NCBI GenBank assembly: GCA_009602725.1
Contig: WELB01000010.1
Location: forward strand, 698,535-754,851
Length of the DNA: 56,317 nt
DNA from: Spirogloea muscicola
Taxonomy: Eukaryota
Direction of reading: 5' to 3'
The position numbers were made by a program, and so were the translations under genes. The notes under the pieces are model-generated. The model was not told the DNA's origin and did no database searches. It was given only the letters and a program-made list of their open reading frames with translations. Below are positions 14,108 to 26,276 of the stretch, one piece after another (position 1 is the stretch's first letter; each line of letters starts with the position of its first letter).

Positions 14108-14613
14108 GCAGGCGCACAGTGCGCATGAAATAAAGGGCGGCATATTCAAGCCAATACACTGCTCATTCAAAAGCTAGTGCAAGAAGTGGGGATACATGAA
14201 ATGAAGCTCAATATGATGATTCTGTAACCAGCGATGGAGGGCCAGGCGGCCAAGTATGACGAAATCTCAGCCCTTTCTGGCCCTTGTCCATTCTCGTCCA
14301 TCGTGTAGCCTTGTGTAGTGTAGTCCTTTCTCTTTTCTCTGGCTTTGGACATTGTCCATTCCTTTTTTTTTGTTTTTGGGCTGGCTTTGCCAGCCACTCT
14401 TCTCTTGTCTGAATACACTGCATCTAACAAACCTGGGCTGCCTGCCGATTCAGTCGCACCGCGCGCGCCTTCTTTGTGGCGCGCCGTGGCCACTCTCACC
14501 AACTGCGCCACTGGGGAGAATTTTTATTCGTCATTGCATCTGATGACAATTCTTTTCGGGCTGGCTGTTTACAGCCCTTGCCCCGATTGGGAGTGCCACT
14601 TCTCTGATGACAA
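14108..14613. mobile_element. CRE-like 3' ends in the ENTH/TRAPPC4 divergent promoter
   Basis: Type C at 14108-14210 and 14455-14473; type B at ~14345-14395 and at 14550-14602, the latter flanked by TCTGATGACAA direct repeats. Confidence 0.78.
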
Positions 14614-15245
14614 GCACACACAAGTGCAGGACCTCCCCCGGCTGCTTTTTGGATTGGCAGGGCGGGTAGTGGCACACGTTGCGCCGCTCTGCCACGAGCC
14701 GGGCTCACTTCGGCGCCACGTGGTGGCCCGCGTTCCCACCTTCACCGACCAGCCTGCGCCAACGCCACGTCCCACTTCCCCGTTCACACCGGCTCCTTGC
14801 GCGCAGGCCCCCAGTCATTTTCCCCACGGCAGCTTAACTCGGGAAACTGTTGTTCCTGTCCTAAGGCCCAACTTCCACTTCACCATCGAGCCTCCCCGCG
14901 GTCTGAGCAGTCCGGAGCCGCCAGTGCCGCAGCCGCCGCCGCGTGCGCGGCCCGCCTAATAGCTGCCTGCAAGCGCGGAGCGTTGCGCCCGCCAACCCGA
15001 TCATCTTGTGTCGGCACAACCTGCGTCCATTGCTTGCTGGCCGTCGGGTCTCCGAGCATTTGTCGCTGCCTAGCTCACTCCTCTGGCGCAAGGCTCGTGC
15101 TGCTCTGCACAAGTCAATGGAACAATCGTCACCTCTACTCCACCTACGATACTTATGAGGGACACAGCGCGAGAAGCTCACGCCATAGGAGCATCAGAGC
15201 TGGCCGCATCTAGCAGCTAACTTCAGCACCCTGCCAGAGGCAGCA

Positions 15246-15872
15246 ATGACTACAATCTTCAATCTCTTCGTTATCAACAAGTCCGGCGGCCTCATCTACT
15301 ACAAAGTAAGGGTGACATCTTGCCTGTTAGCATTCCAGGACTTCTCTCCTGTTCTCATTTGGTGGCAGACTCCTCTTAGTAGAGTTACATTTATTTCTCC
15401 TTTTCTATGCAGGACTTTGGCTCCATGGTCAGGCTGGATACGAATGAAAGCCTGAGGCTTGCAAGCGTCTGGCACTCTCTTCATGCCATCTCCAGCCAAC
15501 TGTCCCCAGTAGCAGGCTGCAAGGGTATTGAGTTCCTGGAAGCTGACAACTTCGACCTCCATTGCTTCCAGACTCATACAGGTGCTGACACAAACATGCC
15601 CTGCATGTTGATGCAGATGCTGGCCTGACACTGGATGTAATGGCAACTGAGCCAATTAAGGCTGTTCTGTTGCAGGTACTAAATTCTTCATAGTTGCAGA
15701 GCCAGGTGCTCCAGGAGTAGACACCTTATTGCGAGTAATCTATGACCTCTATGCAGATTACGTGCTCAAGAATCCCTTCTACGAGGTGGAAATGCCCATC
15801 CGGTGCGAACTTTTTGACCTAAATTTGCAGGCTGCTCTCAGAAATCGTACAATTGCAAGTTCAGGCAGGTAG
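15246..15872 (+). CDS. TRAPPC4: TRAPP complex subunit 4 (Trs23/synbindin), 3 exons
   Basis: [13 protein letters not shown] / [19 protein letters not shown]...LHCFQTHTG / TKFFIVAEP...[27 protein letters not shown]. Confidence 0.95.
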
Positions 15873-17077
15873 CTGAGGGCATGGCAGATAAGCCTCCCAG
15901 ACAAGCTCGTGCGAGTCCCCCATCATCTTGCTGCAGTAATTGCCGGATTGCAAGGTCCATCATGGACTCCCATGCCAGTCCCAACTCCTTGACTTGTCAC
16001 GAAGTAAGGTAAAGCAGACTACAAGTGCCGTATACACTGTGGCAAGTGCCACTTTCAGGATAGGCGCAGGGTTGGGGTGGCAACACACCGTGCAGGGTAG
16101 GGGCAGCAGTACAGCCTGGATGCCATTGTGTAGCAATATGGAGCTTGTCACAACGTCCGCTCTTGTTGCGAGCCAACACATAAGGGAAGCTTCCAGTAGC
16201 CTATACGCACTTTCACACCGTTGTCTCTTGGCATGCGCGTCAAAGACTCTTGACATGCACGTTACGAGCACCTTGGCTACAAACGATAGCATAGCAACAC
16301 GTGCAGGCTTGACCAAGTCAGGCCTGATACTATTCCGGCAACCTTAAATTAGAGCAGCAAGGCACATGCATGGCCACCCAATCAAGCTTGTGGACGATTT
16401 AAGTGAATTGCTGCGTGAGATTCTGTGCTTCAGTGCCACTGTAATCAGCATTGCCTGGCCAATTGCCCTTTCTTCAACCTTGAATGTAGCTCACACTGTC
16501 GTTGTGACAGCTGCCTCAGAGGCAATGGCTGTGGCCAGCCCCATCATCATGCACGTATTGATGCTGTAGGACGGTACTAGCACAGGGAGCCAGTGCTGGT
16601 AATCAAGCAGCGGCGATGAAGCGACTATGAGAGCCAGCAACTGTCACCAAGATGGCATCCAGAAGAGAGATTGGGCCATCCGAGAAGACTGTGTATGAGG
16701 AACCAGCGAGTAGCAGATTAGCATGGGATAGACAGATTGGTGCAGGGGAACGAGTAAGTGCGGCAAAGAGAGAGGCATGCAGTGTGCATGGACTGAAATG
16801 GAGGCCAACCCGAGCCAGTACATGCAGAATGCAAAATGTAAGGAAGGGAAAGGGCTAGCCACAGCGAAGACACAGGCTTAGGTGGGGCTAAGGTAGCAGG
16901 GCGAAAGCACCGCTGGAGGGGTGCTTCAATGTCCACGAGTGAGCACGGGCAATTCGGCCAGGCTAACTTGGGGAGCCGAGCACCGCCATTGAAACCAGTG
17001 GCCTCGCTTAAGGGGGCGCCCTTCTTCAGTTTTTCGCTCAGCAGCACGCTGATGAAGGCCCAGGACCTGCGAGCGAA

Positions 17078-17705
17078 TCTCGTGTATTTGCAACAAACGA
17101 AGGCCAAATGGCCAAGTACAAAGGCAAGCACAACTAATGACCAACATGACCTACAGCAGTTTGACACGCTCAGTAAGCACGGGTCAAAACGTAATTCGCT
17201 AGTCGAAGCCTGAATACTAGATGGCAGATACGAAGCCCTTCTGCCACCGACTAGAGCTCGCCCAGCTTTCTGATGCAAAGCATTAGCCTGAGCACGCTGC
17301 AAACAGGTCGAAACTCGTCGTCGCAAGAACGACAGACATGCAGCTGGCAGGCCCATCTCAGCCGGGAACACATTTGCATGTCGTGTCGCCTAGATGGGCA
17401 ATATTTTGAAGGAGAGTGTGGAAACGAAGACCTAAACAGCCAATGAAGAAGTGGCACTCCCAATGGGGGCAAGGGTTGTGAAAAGCCAGCCCAAAAACAA
17501 TTGACAAAGGTGTCGACTGCAGCTGGCATGAGCTGATCGCATTGGGGGTTGATCCGCGTCGTGCTGCAGCTTTCCTTGTTCTGCACTGCCCACTGCGTGG
17601 CCAGCGATGTGCGTCGATGCTGGACCTTTACAGGCCTCCGTAACAACATCGACCAAGGCCCGTGGTCCTCCACCAGGTTGCACGCCCACAATGTCAAGTG
17701 TGCGG
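17078..17705 (-). mobile_element. CRE-like retrotransposon 3' fragment (RLE domain, type A UTR), interrupted by a type-B insertion at ~17445-17509
   Basis: TLDIVGVQPGGGPRALVDVV...AGHAVGSAEQGKLQH...RRRVSTCLQRAQANALHQKAGRAL, collinear with the copies at 35800 and 55000. Confidence 0.85.
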
Positions 17706-17859
17706 CGATGATGAGCGCTGCCAGGCACAGCAAGAGCCCCGCACTCTTTAGCACGCAAATAACGCCTGCGGCACGCGGGCAAAGCATGATGCGGCTGCAC
17801 CTGCACTCGCACGAGATAGATCGCGGCCAGGCGCGGAGTGGTAGGCTGAAGCCCTGCCC

Positions 17860-18227
17860 AGCCTACCACTGCTGGCTTTTTGGGCGGCTTTTCACAGCCC
17901 TCGGTCCCCTCTGGACTTCGTTTTATGTAGCCCTTTTGTGTTGCACTAGTTATTGCCTGAACAAGGTTTCCTTTGATTTGGCCTCCCTTTCATGTTAGGC
18001 TCACCGCGCGCCTTCTTCTCTTTGAGCCTCTTCAGGCCCCGCAGTCGCTGCGTAGCTCGTACTTTGGCCCCTTCGAACCTTGTCAATTCTTTTTGGGCTG
18101 GCTTCTCACAGCCCTTGCCCCCAATGGGAGAGCCACTTCTTCTTTGAGATGTTCCCTGTCCTTACCACGAACAATGTATGGGCTTGAATTGGCCTCCCTT
18201 ACCATTTCATACGCACCGCGCGCCTTC
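17860..18227 (+). mobile_element. CRE-like 3' ends (C, B, C) upstream of RPS27A
   Basis: Type C at 17940-18018 and 18165-18227; type B at 18027-18140 flanked by TCTTTGAG repeats. Confidence 0.8.
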
Positions 18228-18590
18228 TCTCCTTTACCACGGGCTCGACGGGCCCCCAAAGCCGGCTGCCTCAAATTTGGATGGCAGCGATGCACGCATC
18301 CAAAGATGTTGGCTTATGGCCTGGCGATCTGACGGTCGTCAGGCTCCGAGGAGGCGTTAGGGGCAGGGTTTTAGGTGCCCAGGGTTTCAAGACGCGGCTC
18401 CTAGCCGCAGTCTCCGCCGGGCAGCCATAACCCCGCCCCCCAACCGCGCGACGAAGGACGAGTCCGGAGCGCGGCGCGGAGCGGCCCCGGCGGGCGCCGC
18501 GGCAGCGGCGGCGGTGCGGCGGCNCGGAGGCGGCGGCGTGCCTTGGAGTGGCGGCGCGCCTGCCCGAGCGGCAGCGCGCCAGAGGCAGCC

Positions 18591-19228
<638 letters not shown>

Positions 19229-19647
19229 GGCTCACATGGTGTCACTGATGTGGGCTTCATAGAACGGGGCTAGTCCTACTCCGTCTTGGCTGCTCACAGA
19301 TGTACTGAGCGACTCAGGCTGATGTGTCTGATGTAACGAAGTGGGACTGTGTGTGCTCTGATTATTTGCGAGCAATAGCTCAGACAGTTGAGGCGCATTT
19401 TGCAGTCCCTTTGCCACACTGTTGACAAAGTTGTGGACAGAGGCTCATGTGACTTCTGGACCACTTGATCTCGGTAGCTGCTATGCATACTTGGAGGGCA
19501 GGAAATGTGTTGAACCATGCATTTACTGGAGGGTAATCCCTTATAAGAAAAAAGCACAGCCTTGCACCATCACAGCAAATAGCTGCGCAGTGTACAGAGC
19601 ATGCCAATGAATTTGCATCTGTTACCTGACAGTTTAGCCAATGCTTG

Positions 19648-22049
19648 CTATACGAAGCCAAATTTGAATCCACCGCTGAAGCTATCATTTGCAGTATCCC
19701 AGAAGAAGGATTTGCGTTTGCGTGCTGCCGCCTTCTCATCAGCACTTCTCTGCAGGTCTTCCAGCTCCCTTGGATATAGCTCTTCGAACCTGCTTACAAA
19801 CCTGTCATGAAGGGACACCCTTTCTTTGGTCCCAGAGACGAGGATGTCTGCATTGGGGTGCTTGAGGAAGTCACGTACACTCAAGATATTTCGTCTGTGG
19901 CAATTCATGGTGCACATTCATGTCAGTGAGTGTTTAGCTCATGTCTGCTCAGTGAACAGATTGCACAGCTAGCTCGCCGTGAAAGAGCAGCACAGGACAT
20001 GAGGTTCACCATTGCTGTCACAACTACAACGAAAGCAACACACAGCGAGTGGACGAAGAAACCTGCATCCAGTATTCACCTGCTGACAAAGTTCTGGGTG
20101 ATAGCAATGGAATCTTCCAGGTTGACAACAAGGTGCCACCAGCCATGTGGGACAAAGATGACCTCCCCAGCTTTGCAGATGCACTCCAGAGGGGGCACGG
20201 CAGCCTGTCTTGCCTCTTCATAGTGGTTCATGAACCACTCCATGATGGAGTAGGGCGCCGCCACATCGGCACCGTCAGCACTGGGGTGTACGCCTGGGGG
20301 GATCGTTTCTGGGGGGTAGAGGATCCACTTCTTGGCACCACGCACAACAGCGTTCCAAGCAGAAGTGGAGTTGGGGTCGATGTGGAATGAAGACCCGGAC
20401 CTACCACGGGCAGGGTGCACACCTCCATCTCAGATATGTCATGGAAGTGCGAAGCCCGCTCCGAAAGTGGAAGCTTGTACGACAGTGGCGGAAGTTGCAG
20501 GAGGGACAAATTGAGCAGGTCTTCTAACAAATATGCAAGTAGTAGCACCACAGCAGCCACCTGGTTGGCCCGATGATTAGCCACCGGTGATCAGGCCGGC
20601 TGTCCCCAAGAATGGAGAAGAGGTCCTCCTGGAAGTACTTTGGCACAGTGTAGTCATTTGCAAGCGCAGGTGCCTTGGCCACAAAGTTTGGGTCAAACAG
20701 GTACAGTGGCCTTTCCTCCTCCACGTTGTCCATGTAAGCATAGAAATCGTCAAGGGCCATCTCCACGGGCCCAACCTGCCAGGTGGCAGCGCCCGTTTGC
20801 TCGATGAGGTACTGGCGGTCCCACCGTTTGAGCGCTGGCCAGCCGTCCAGCGCATCCGTGAATATGACGGGCCGGTTGGGCCCCTCATAACGCGACACAA
20901 AGTCAGCAAACGATAGACCGGCAACTCGGGGCACGGTCTCTGCCTGCAGCCACTCCGGGCGCATCTGCAAGCTGGCACACAGCCAGCTCTGGAACAGGTG
21001 GTCGGAATAGAAGCCCGCCACCTGCACAGCCAAGCTGCAGGATTCAGCGGCTATGCCTGGTCCATGAAAAGCAGGACCAGAGAAAGAGGCGCAGTGCGTA
21101 AGCAGTGTGCTTCTTTGCAGAGACAGCACGAAGTGACACGGCGCTGAGTGCTCAAATCGGGCGTTGACGCTTGTCAGGAATAGAGGTGTGTACTGAGCAT
21201 TATCTCAGCCTTCTGGTCAAGTACAAAGGCAAGCACATCTACATCTGCTGCTAAGCCGACCCGCTCACTAGTAAGGTTCGGCAAGTACAGTTTGAGGGGA
21301 GTCTGCAGTACATCTGCTAGTCAAGGCTCGAGCAGGCCAGGATGGGAAGCTGTCCGGACCTCAAGAGGGCGCCTCCAACTAACAGGGCCACAAGCTGGAC
21401 CACAGCCCATACTTCGCCAATTTCAGCAGCCAGCTAGATACATTGCAGTATTCTAGGTGCACGTCTCGACCCTGGATCTAGAGCACCTCTGCCGCTCCTA
21501 GTTCTGTGGGGCGGGAATCAACCCCTGATGCTGATCATTGGTGGCCTGCCTGATTGCCAACACATTCTGCTCAATGAGCACCACTTCTACTCTCGCAGCA
21601 CCCTAAATCCTAAATCCGAAGCCCTAAACCGTAAACCCTGAGACTCATACCTTGAGTGGGACGTGTGGCGCGGCCGTCAGCCCGCGGCCGGCAGCGTAGG
21701 TCTGCTTCCAGGAGCCGTGGAAGCGGAAGGCGCCGCCCAGGTCGGCGAGCACGAGCTGGCGCCAGAGGTCGGCGTGGTGGGCGAGCACGTACAGCGCGCG
21801 GCTGGCGGCGGCGGCGCGCGCCAGGCCCGCCGCCGGCAGCAGCGCCAGCACGTCCAGCAGGGCCTCGTCGCCCAGCACCGCCAGGGTTCCGAGGCCAGCG
21901 GCGCGGCAGTCGGCGGCGCCGGCGGCGAGCAGCAGGTTGCCGCGAGGCTGCACGCCGTATGGGTGCGCTCCGCGCTCCAGCCGGAACGTCCGCCGCGCCG
22001 CCGCCGCGTCCGCGCCGCCTGCCTCTGCCTCCGAGGCCATTGCTGCCAT
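19648..22049 (-). CDS. F-box/JmjC-domain protein (JMJD6-class, Arabidopsis JMJ22-like), 4 exons
   Basis: HPYGVQPRGN...GLGTLAVLGDE (F-box-like), VPKYFQEDLF...RPDHRWLIIGP, SGSSFHIDPNSTSAWN, FVPHGWWHLVVNLEDSIAITQNF (HxD...H iron triad). An alternative in-frame ATG lies at 22226. Confidence 0.92.
21185..21270 (-). mobile_element. CRE-like 3' UTR fragment in intron 1 of the JmjC gene
   Basis: caagtacaaaggcaagcacatc...gctgctaagccgacccgctca, matching the type A 3' end. Confidence 0.7.
21601..21640 (+). repeat. Degenerate interstitial plant-type telomeric repeats (CCCTAAA) in JmjC intron 1
   Basis: ccctaaa-tcctaaa-tccgaag-ccctaaa-ccgtaaa-ccctg. Confidence 0.7.
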
Positions 22050-22278
22050 GTTCGGCGGCGGCTGGGGAGGACGTCGGGGGCGCGTCGCAGCCCGGCCAGC
22101 GGCGGCTACGTCCTCTTGCTTTCTGTCGACCGCTTCGGCAAGCTCGGCCTTGCCCGCCGGCGGCTGCCGCGGCGGCCGCGGCCGCCTTCGCCCGGGCTGC
22201 TGCTGGCCCGCGGCAATGGCGGCCATGGTGGGCCGCCTGGACCTCGGCTTTGCACTTGGGCTCCTACTTCGTTCGAAA

Positions 22279-23060
22279 GAAGGCGTGCGGTGCGCATGAA
22301 ATTGAAAGGGAGGCCAATTCTAGCCTTACAAATGTACTGTTAACTGGGTAATGAGCTGGCTAAGAGGGACACTAATATCCCCGAGTGAGCAACTTGCTCC
22401 TGATGGGGGCCGCACTGATTATGACGAGTAAACCCACTTCCTTCCCGTGGCAAAAGTCAGCCCGCATAGGCCGCTGTACTTTGAGGCAAGCTGGCCCTCT
22501 GGCGATCGCAATTCCTTTCCCAAGGTTTGACTTTTATAGGTATGGAAAAAGCATCTGTAAAGCAAGGCAAATGGCTGTGAGAGGCCAGCTTGAATTCGGA
22601 AGAGATTGGAGCGTGTATTGAGCGATGGAGGGGCCTAAGTGGCCAAGTACAACGGCAAGCACACCGACTGTGGTATATCACCGGCTGCTAAGCTGACCCG
22701 CTCAGTAAGCACGAGTCAGTACGTAGAGGTCGCTAACTGATGCCCGAAGACCGGACGGCAGATGACAAGCCCTTCTGCCACAGCTAAAGCTTTGACCAGC
22801 TTTCTGAACAGCTCTCCAAACGCAATAAACAAGACAGGTTTCGCCTCCTTTTGATAGACGTTCTTCCCCTGGCCCCTTCGAAATTCGTCCACTCTTTTTC
22901 TGGCTGGCCAAATCACAGCCATCGCCCTCTACTGGAAGAGTCTTTCTTCTTGTTTGTAATTTCTCCTTCAACCCAAACCCCTATGCCCGTCTCTTTTTGA
23001 TCTGGCCTTTCACAGCTAACGCCCCCTAATGGGAAGAGCTCCCATCCTTTCACAGCGAAT
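22279..23060. mobile_element. Cluster of CRE-like 3' fragments upstream of the JmjC gene
   Basis: Type C at 22279-22420 (KLLTRGY* + UTR ending GCACCGCACGCCTTCT), type A at 22608-22805 (LPSGLRASVSDLYVLTRAY*), and type B hairpins at ~22572, 22901 and 23000. Confidence 0.8.
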
Positions 23061-23634
23061 GCCCCAATAGGCCTCATCACCTGTTCATGAGTTAAGGTCA
23101 ACAGCGCATGTGATGACTGCCCTCTTGTGTACGGTCCCCCAGCTTATACCTGATAACTACTTGAATGCGAGAACAAACGACATGGTACCAGCTTTTTGCA
23201 TGCTTGGACTCTGTAGTCTCTGATTCCTGGAGCTTGCAGTTGGTTGGTGGCCCCTTGAGTTGCTGCTCGTGCACAAGCTGATTGACCGCTACAATGAAAG
23301 ATCAAAATTATGCTTGGGAATTCCAGATGAGTCAAATGGAAAACAATCTTTGATTAATTTGAGTAGTGGAACATTCTGTATATCTTATTAGGGTAGGCAA
23401 TAAACTCGATGTCCAGCAATCAAGCTCTGCTTTGCTGCTGACCACTGTGCGATTTGATCACTATACAAGCACCCTATCTAAAAGTTAATCCTAATCAGGC
23501 ACCCTTGCAAGGGTGCCTGATTTCAGAAACTGAGAATTTGAAACTAGAAATCGACAGAAGTTGACTGTGCTTGCTGCTCACAGTCAATCAGGGAGTCCTG
23601 ACAACAAGAACCACAACCTCCATGAGGGCATCAT

Positions 23635-24986
23635 CTACTTAAATGGGCAACTGCTAGGGGCTTTTGCCTCACTTTCGTCATAGTCCTCATTAGCGAATTG
23701 TGCCTCCTTAGGCCAGTCGTGCTCAGAGCCGTCCATCCGACCCTTGGAGGTCTTCATCCGGCCGGCCGCCGGCACCAGGCGCCCAGCCCGGCCCAGTAGC
23801 ATGGGCGGGCAGTTGACATAGATGCTCTCGTGCTGCCCACCTGATACCTTGTAGGCCTCGTGCCAGAAGCCCACCTCCGCCTTGCCTTTTGCCACCTTGC
23901 TCAGTACCTTCCAAGCTGCAGTCCATCCGGTCTGAACAGTGTGAGTTAGGGTGCAACACATTGACATAGATGCTGCGCTCACAACGGTCCAGGTAGCATA
24001 ACAGGAAGGCAAGAAAGGCATGAAAGGACCGTGGCCATCCATGCTGATGTCCTGAGAGTCCTCCTGAACGGTGTGGACGCCCTCACCTTGCTCCAGTATA
24101 CAAAGTCATGAGCGGCTAGAAGCAGCAAGCACAGCAGCATGTACAGCAGCACAGCCGACTGTCACTTGAGAGGGTGAGGGTGTGCGCTCACCTGGGGAGT
24201 GCAGCAGGTTGCTGTCACGCGAGTAAGCCAGGAGCTGATCAAACGAGCGCCAATAGCTGATATTGAAGACCTGTGGGCCCTTGACCCAATTGTCCCCGCT
24301 GAGGCCGTGGCAACCCATAAAACCACTGCTCTCAGGAAGGGACTTGAGCTCATCAATGATGGCCTGAAATTGGCTGCCTGCCCACTGGAGCTCGGGAGTA
24401 AGCTTCCAGGGGGCGTTGATTCTGAAGCCGATGAGGAATATGCAAAAGTCGCCATCAAGCTCCGCTGTCATACGCCCCTTCAGGACCCCTTCCATCTGCA
24501 AGGGAGCTCAAGTGCACTGTCAAGTGCTAGGCGTTTCCTGAGTGGATATGGAGCTCGCCTCATCGAGAAGGACTGCGTGTATAAGAGCCACCATGCTCAT
24601 GCCATACCTCCCGGCTCTTGGGATGTCTCAGTTGCCGAATGGCAACTCGAAAGATGGGCGGCAGCAGCAGGATGGCAGCGAGCAGTGCACCGATGAAGCG
24701 GGGGAGAAAAGCAGCAACGAGGGCGCCTGCTCCTATCATCGCCTGCAAGGCACATTCAAGATGTACAACAGGCGCGGCTTTGAGTTGGCGAGCAACAACA
24801 AGAGCCGAGGCCCGCTGTCAATAAAGGCGGCACTTGGCACGGCAGTAGCAGGTTACCGGGTTACCTCGCATCCCTTACCTCGATGGGCATGAGGGACTTG
24901 AGGAGCAGAAGCTGGTCGACGCCCACATTGTACTTGAGGCCCTTGGTGCGAGCATTCCAGGACGTCGGATGGTCCAGCGGCTTCAT
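23635..24986 (-). CDS. DUF4188-family protein (dimeric alpha-beta barrel, putative monooxygenase/dehydratase) with N-terminal hydrophobic segment, 4 exons
   Basis: Exons ~24986-24879, 24742-24608, 24496-24193 (GRMTAELDGDFCIFLIGFRIN...YWRSFDQLLAYSRD..LH) and 23931-23635 (VGFWHEAYKV...ESIYVNCPPMLLG). These motifs match bacterial and fungal DUF4188 proteins as recalled. Confidence 0.8.
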
Positions 24987-25321
24987 GGCGATGGAAAGTG
25001 GGGGGCGAAGCAGAGGACTGAGACCACGGGGCGCCTCTTCGTCGCCTCGTGCTCACACCGCCCAGGCCGGCGCTCACGCGCTGTTGGCGCGGCGACCGGC
25101 AGGACTCGCACGGACTTTCACGAGGCCAGCGGCGAGGCTGCCGGGGCATACAGAGGGCAGCTGCGGCGCATGTAGTGCGCGCCGGGTGGCCTTGCGCAGA
25201 GCGGGTGGGAGGGCGAGAGGTCTGGGGAGGCGAGCGAAAGAGTGCGGCTGCTGGTATCGAAAGAGCGGCTGTGAAGGCCAGCCAGGAGCAGGGGGGAGCA
25301 CTCCGGAGGCCCAAGGGGGGG

Positions 25322-25692
25322 NNNNNNNNNNNNNNNNNNNNNNNNNNNNNNNNNNNNNNNNNNNNNNNNNNNNNNNNNNNNNNNNNNNNNNNNNNNNNNN
25401 NNNNNNNNNNNNNNNNNNNNNNNNNNNNNNNNNNNNNNNNNNNNNNNNNNNNNNNNNNNNNNNNNNNNNNNNNNNNNNNNNNNNNNNNNNNNNNNNNNNN
25501 NNNNNNNNNNNNNNNNNNNNNNNNNNNNNNNNNNNNNNNNNNNNNNNNNNNNNNNNNNNNNNNNNNNNNNNNNNNNNNNNNNNNNNNNNNNNNNNNNNNN
25601 NNNNNNNNNNNNNNNNNNNNNNNNNNNNNNNNNNNNNNNNNNNNNNNNNNNNNNNNNNNNNNNNNNNNNNNNNNNNNNNNNNNNNNNNNNNN
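25322..25692. other. Assembly gap (N run) flanked by G-run and C-run
   Basis: Run of n between ggggggg and cccctccccc, in the divergent promoter between DUF4188 and the TPR gene. Confidence 0.99.
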
Positions 25693-25974
25693 CCCCTCCC
25701 CCCTCCTCCGTCAGGCGGAAACGCATGCGCCGTGCCTGCTCTGAGCAGCCGTCAGTCACCAGCCGTCAGTCGTCAGCCGTTAGCCAGTGGGCCCCGGCAG
25801 TTGTGCACGCCCCCGGGGTCCATTCACCGTCTAGCCTACCGCTAGAGCACACGCCCCCCCACGAGGACGTCAGATGCCACGTTGCAGGCTTACTTCCCGG
25901 CACGCGCTGGCAATCTACACGTGCGCGTGCCACGTGGCGCCGCCAACGCCGCCGGCGGCGCCGTGCCGCCGTTG

Positions 25975-26007
<33 letters not shown>

Positions 26008-26276
26008 GAGCCGCCGCAAGAGCCACCGCCAAAGCCGCCGCCAGAGCCGCCGCCAGGAGCGCCGCCTTCCTCAGTGCAGGCGCGCCTAGGTGCCGGATCC
26101 TGGCTGCGGCGGTGCTGCTCGGACTAGTCTGCCATTGCCGTTAGCGGCCGCCCCCGGGGGCTGCGGCGATCGCGGGCTGCGGTGGCCGCACAAGAGTCCC
26201 ACGTCCTGCCCATCCAGGACGCCCTGGGGCGCCCACTGCGGCCCAGGCTCGGCCGCCGGGTGGGTGGGCCGGCGCC

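Noticed and set aside
14539..14613. Hammerhead ribozyme core (CTGATGA twice)
   Set aside because: The two copies are a target-site duplication, and no matching GAAA core or stems were found.
18027..18140. Type B repeat as a MITE, Helitron or tRNA-derived SINE
   Set aside because: It has no TIRs, no TC...CTRR ends and no A/B boxes. It has a fixed 3' end, a variable 5' end, TSDs and linkage to an RGY* ORF end.
21656..22351. Long plus-strand Arg/Ala/Pro-rich ORFs here and in other GC islands (e.g. 31022-31654, 2169-2732, 14345-14959)
   Set aside because: Shadow ORFs from stop-poor GC-rich DNA, antisense to real exons or lying across repeats, with no recognisable motifs.
24883..25845. Long ORFs of 213-320 aa
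   Set aside because: Artefacts of translating through the N gap.
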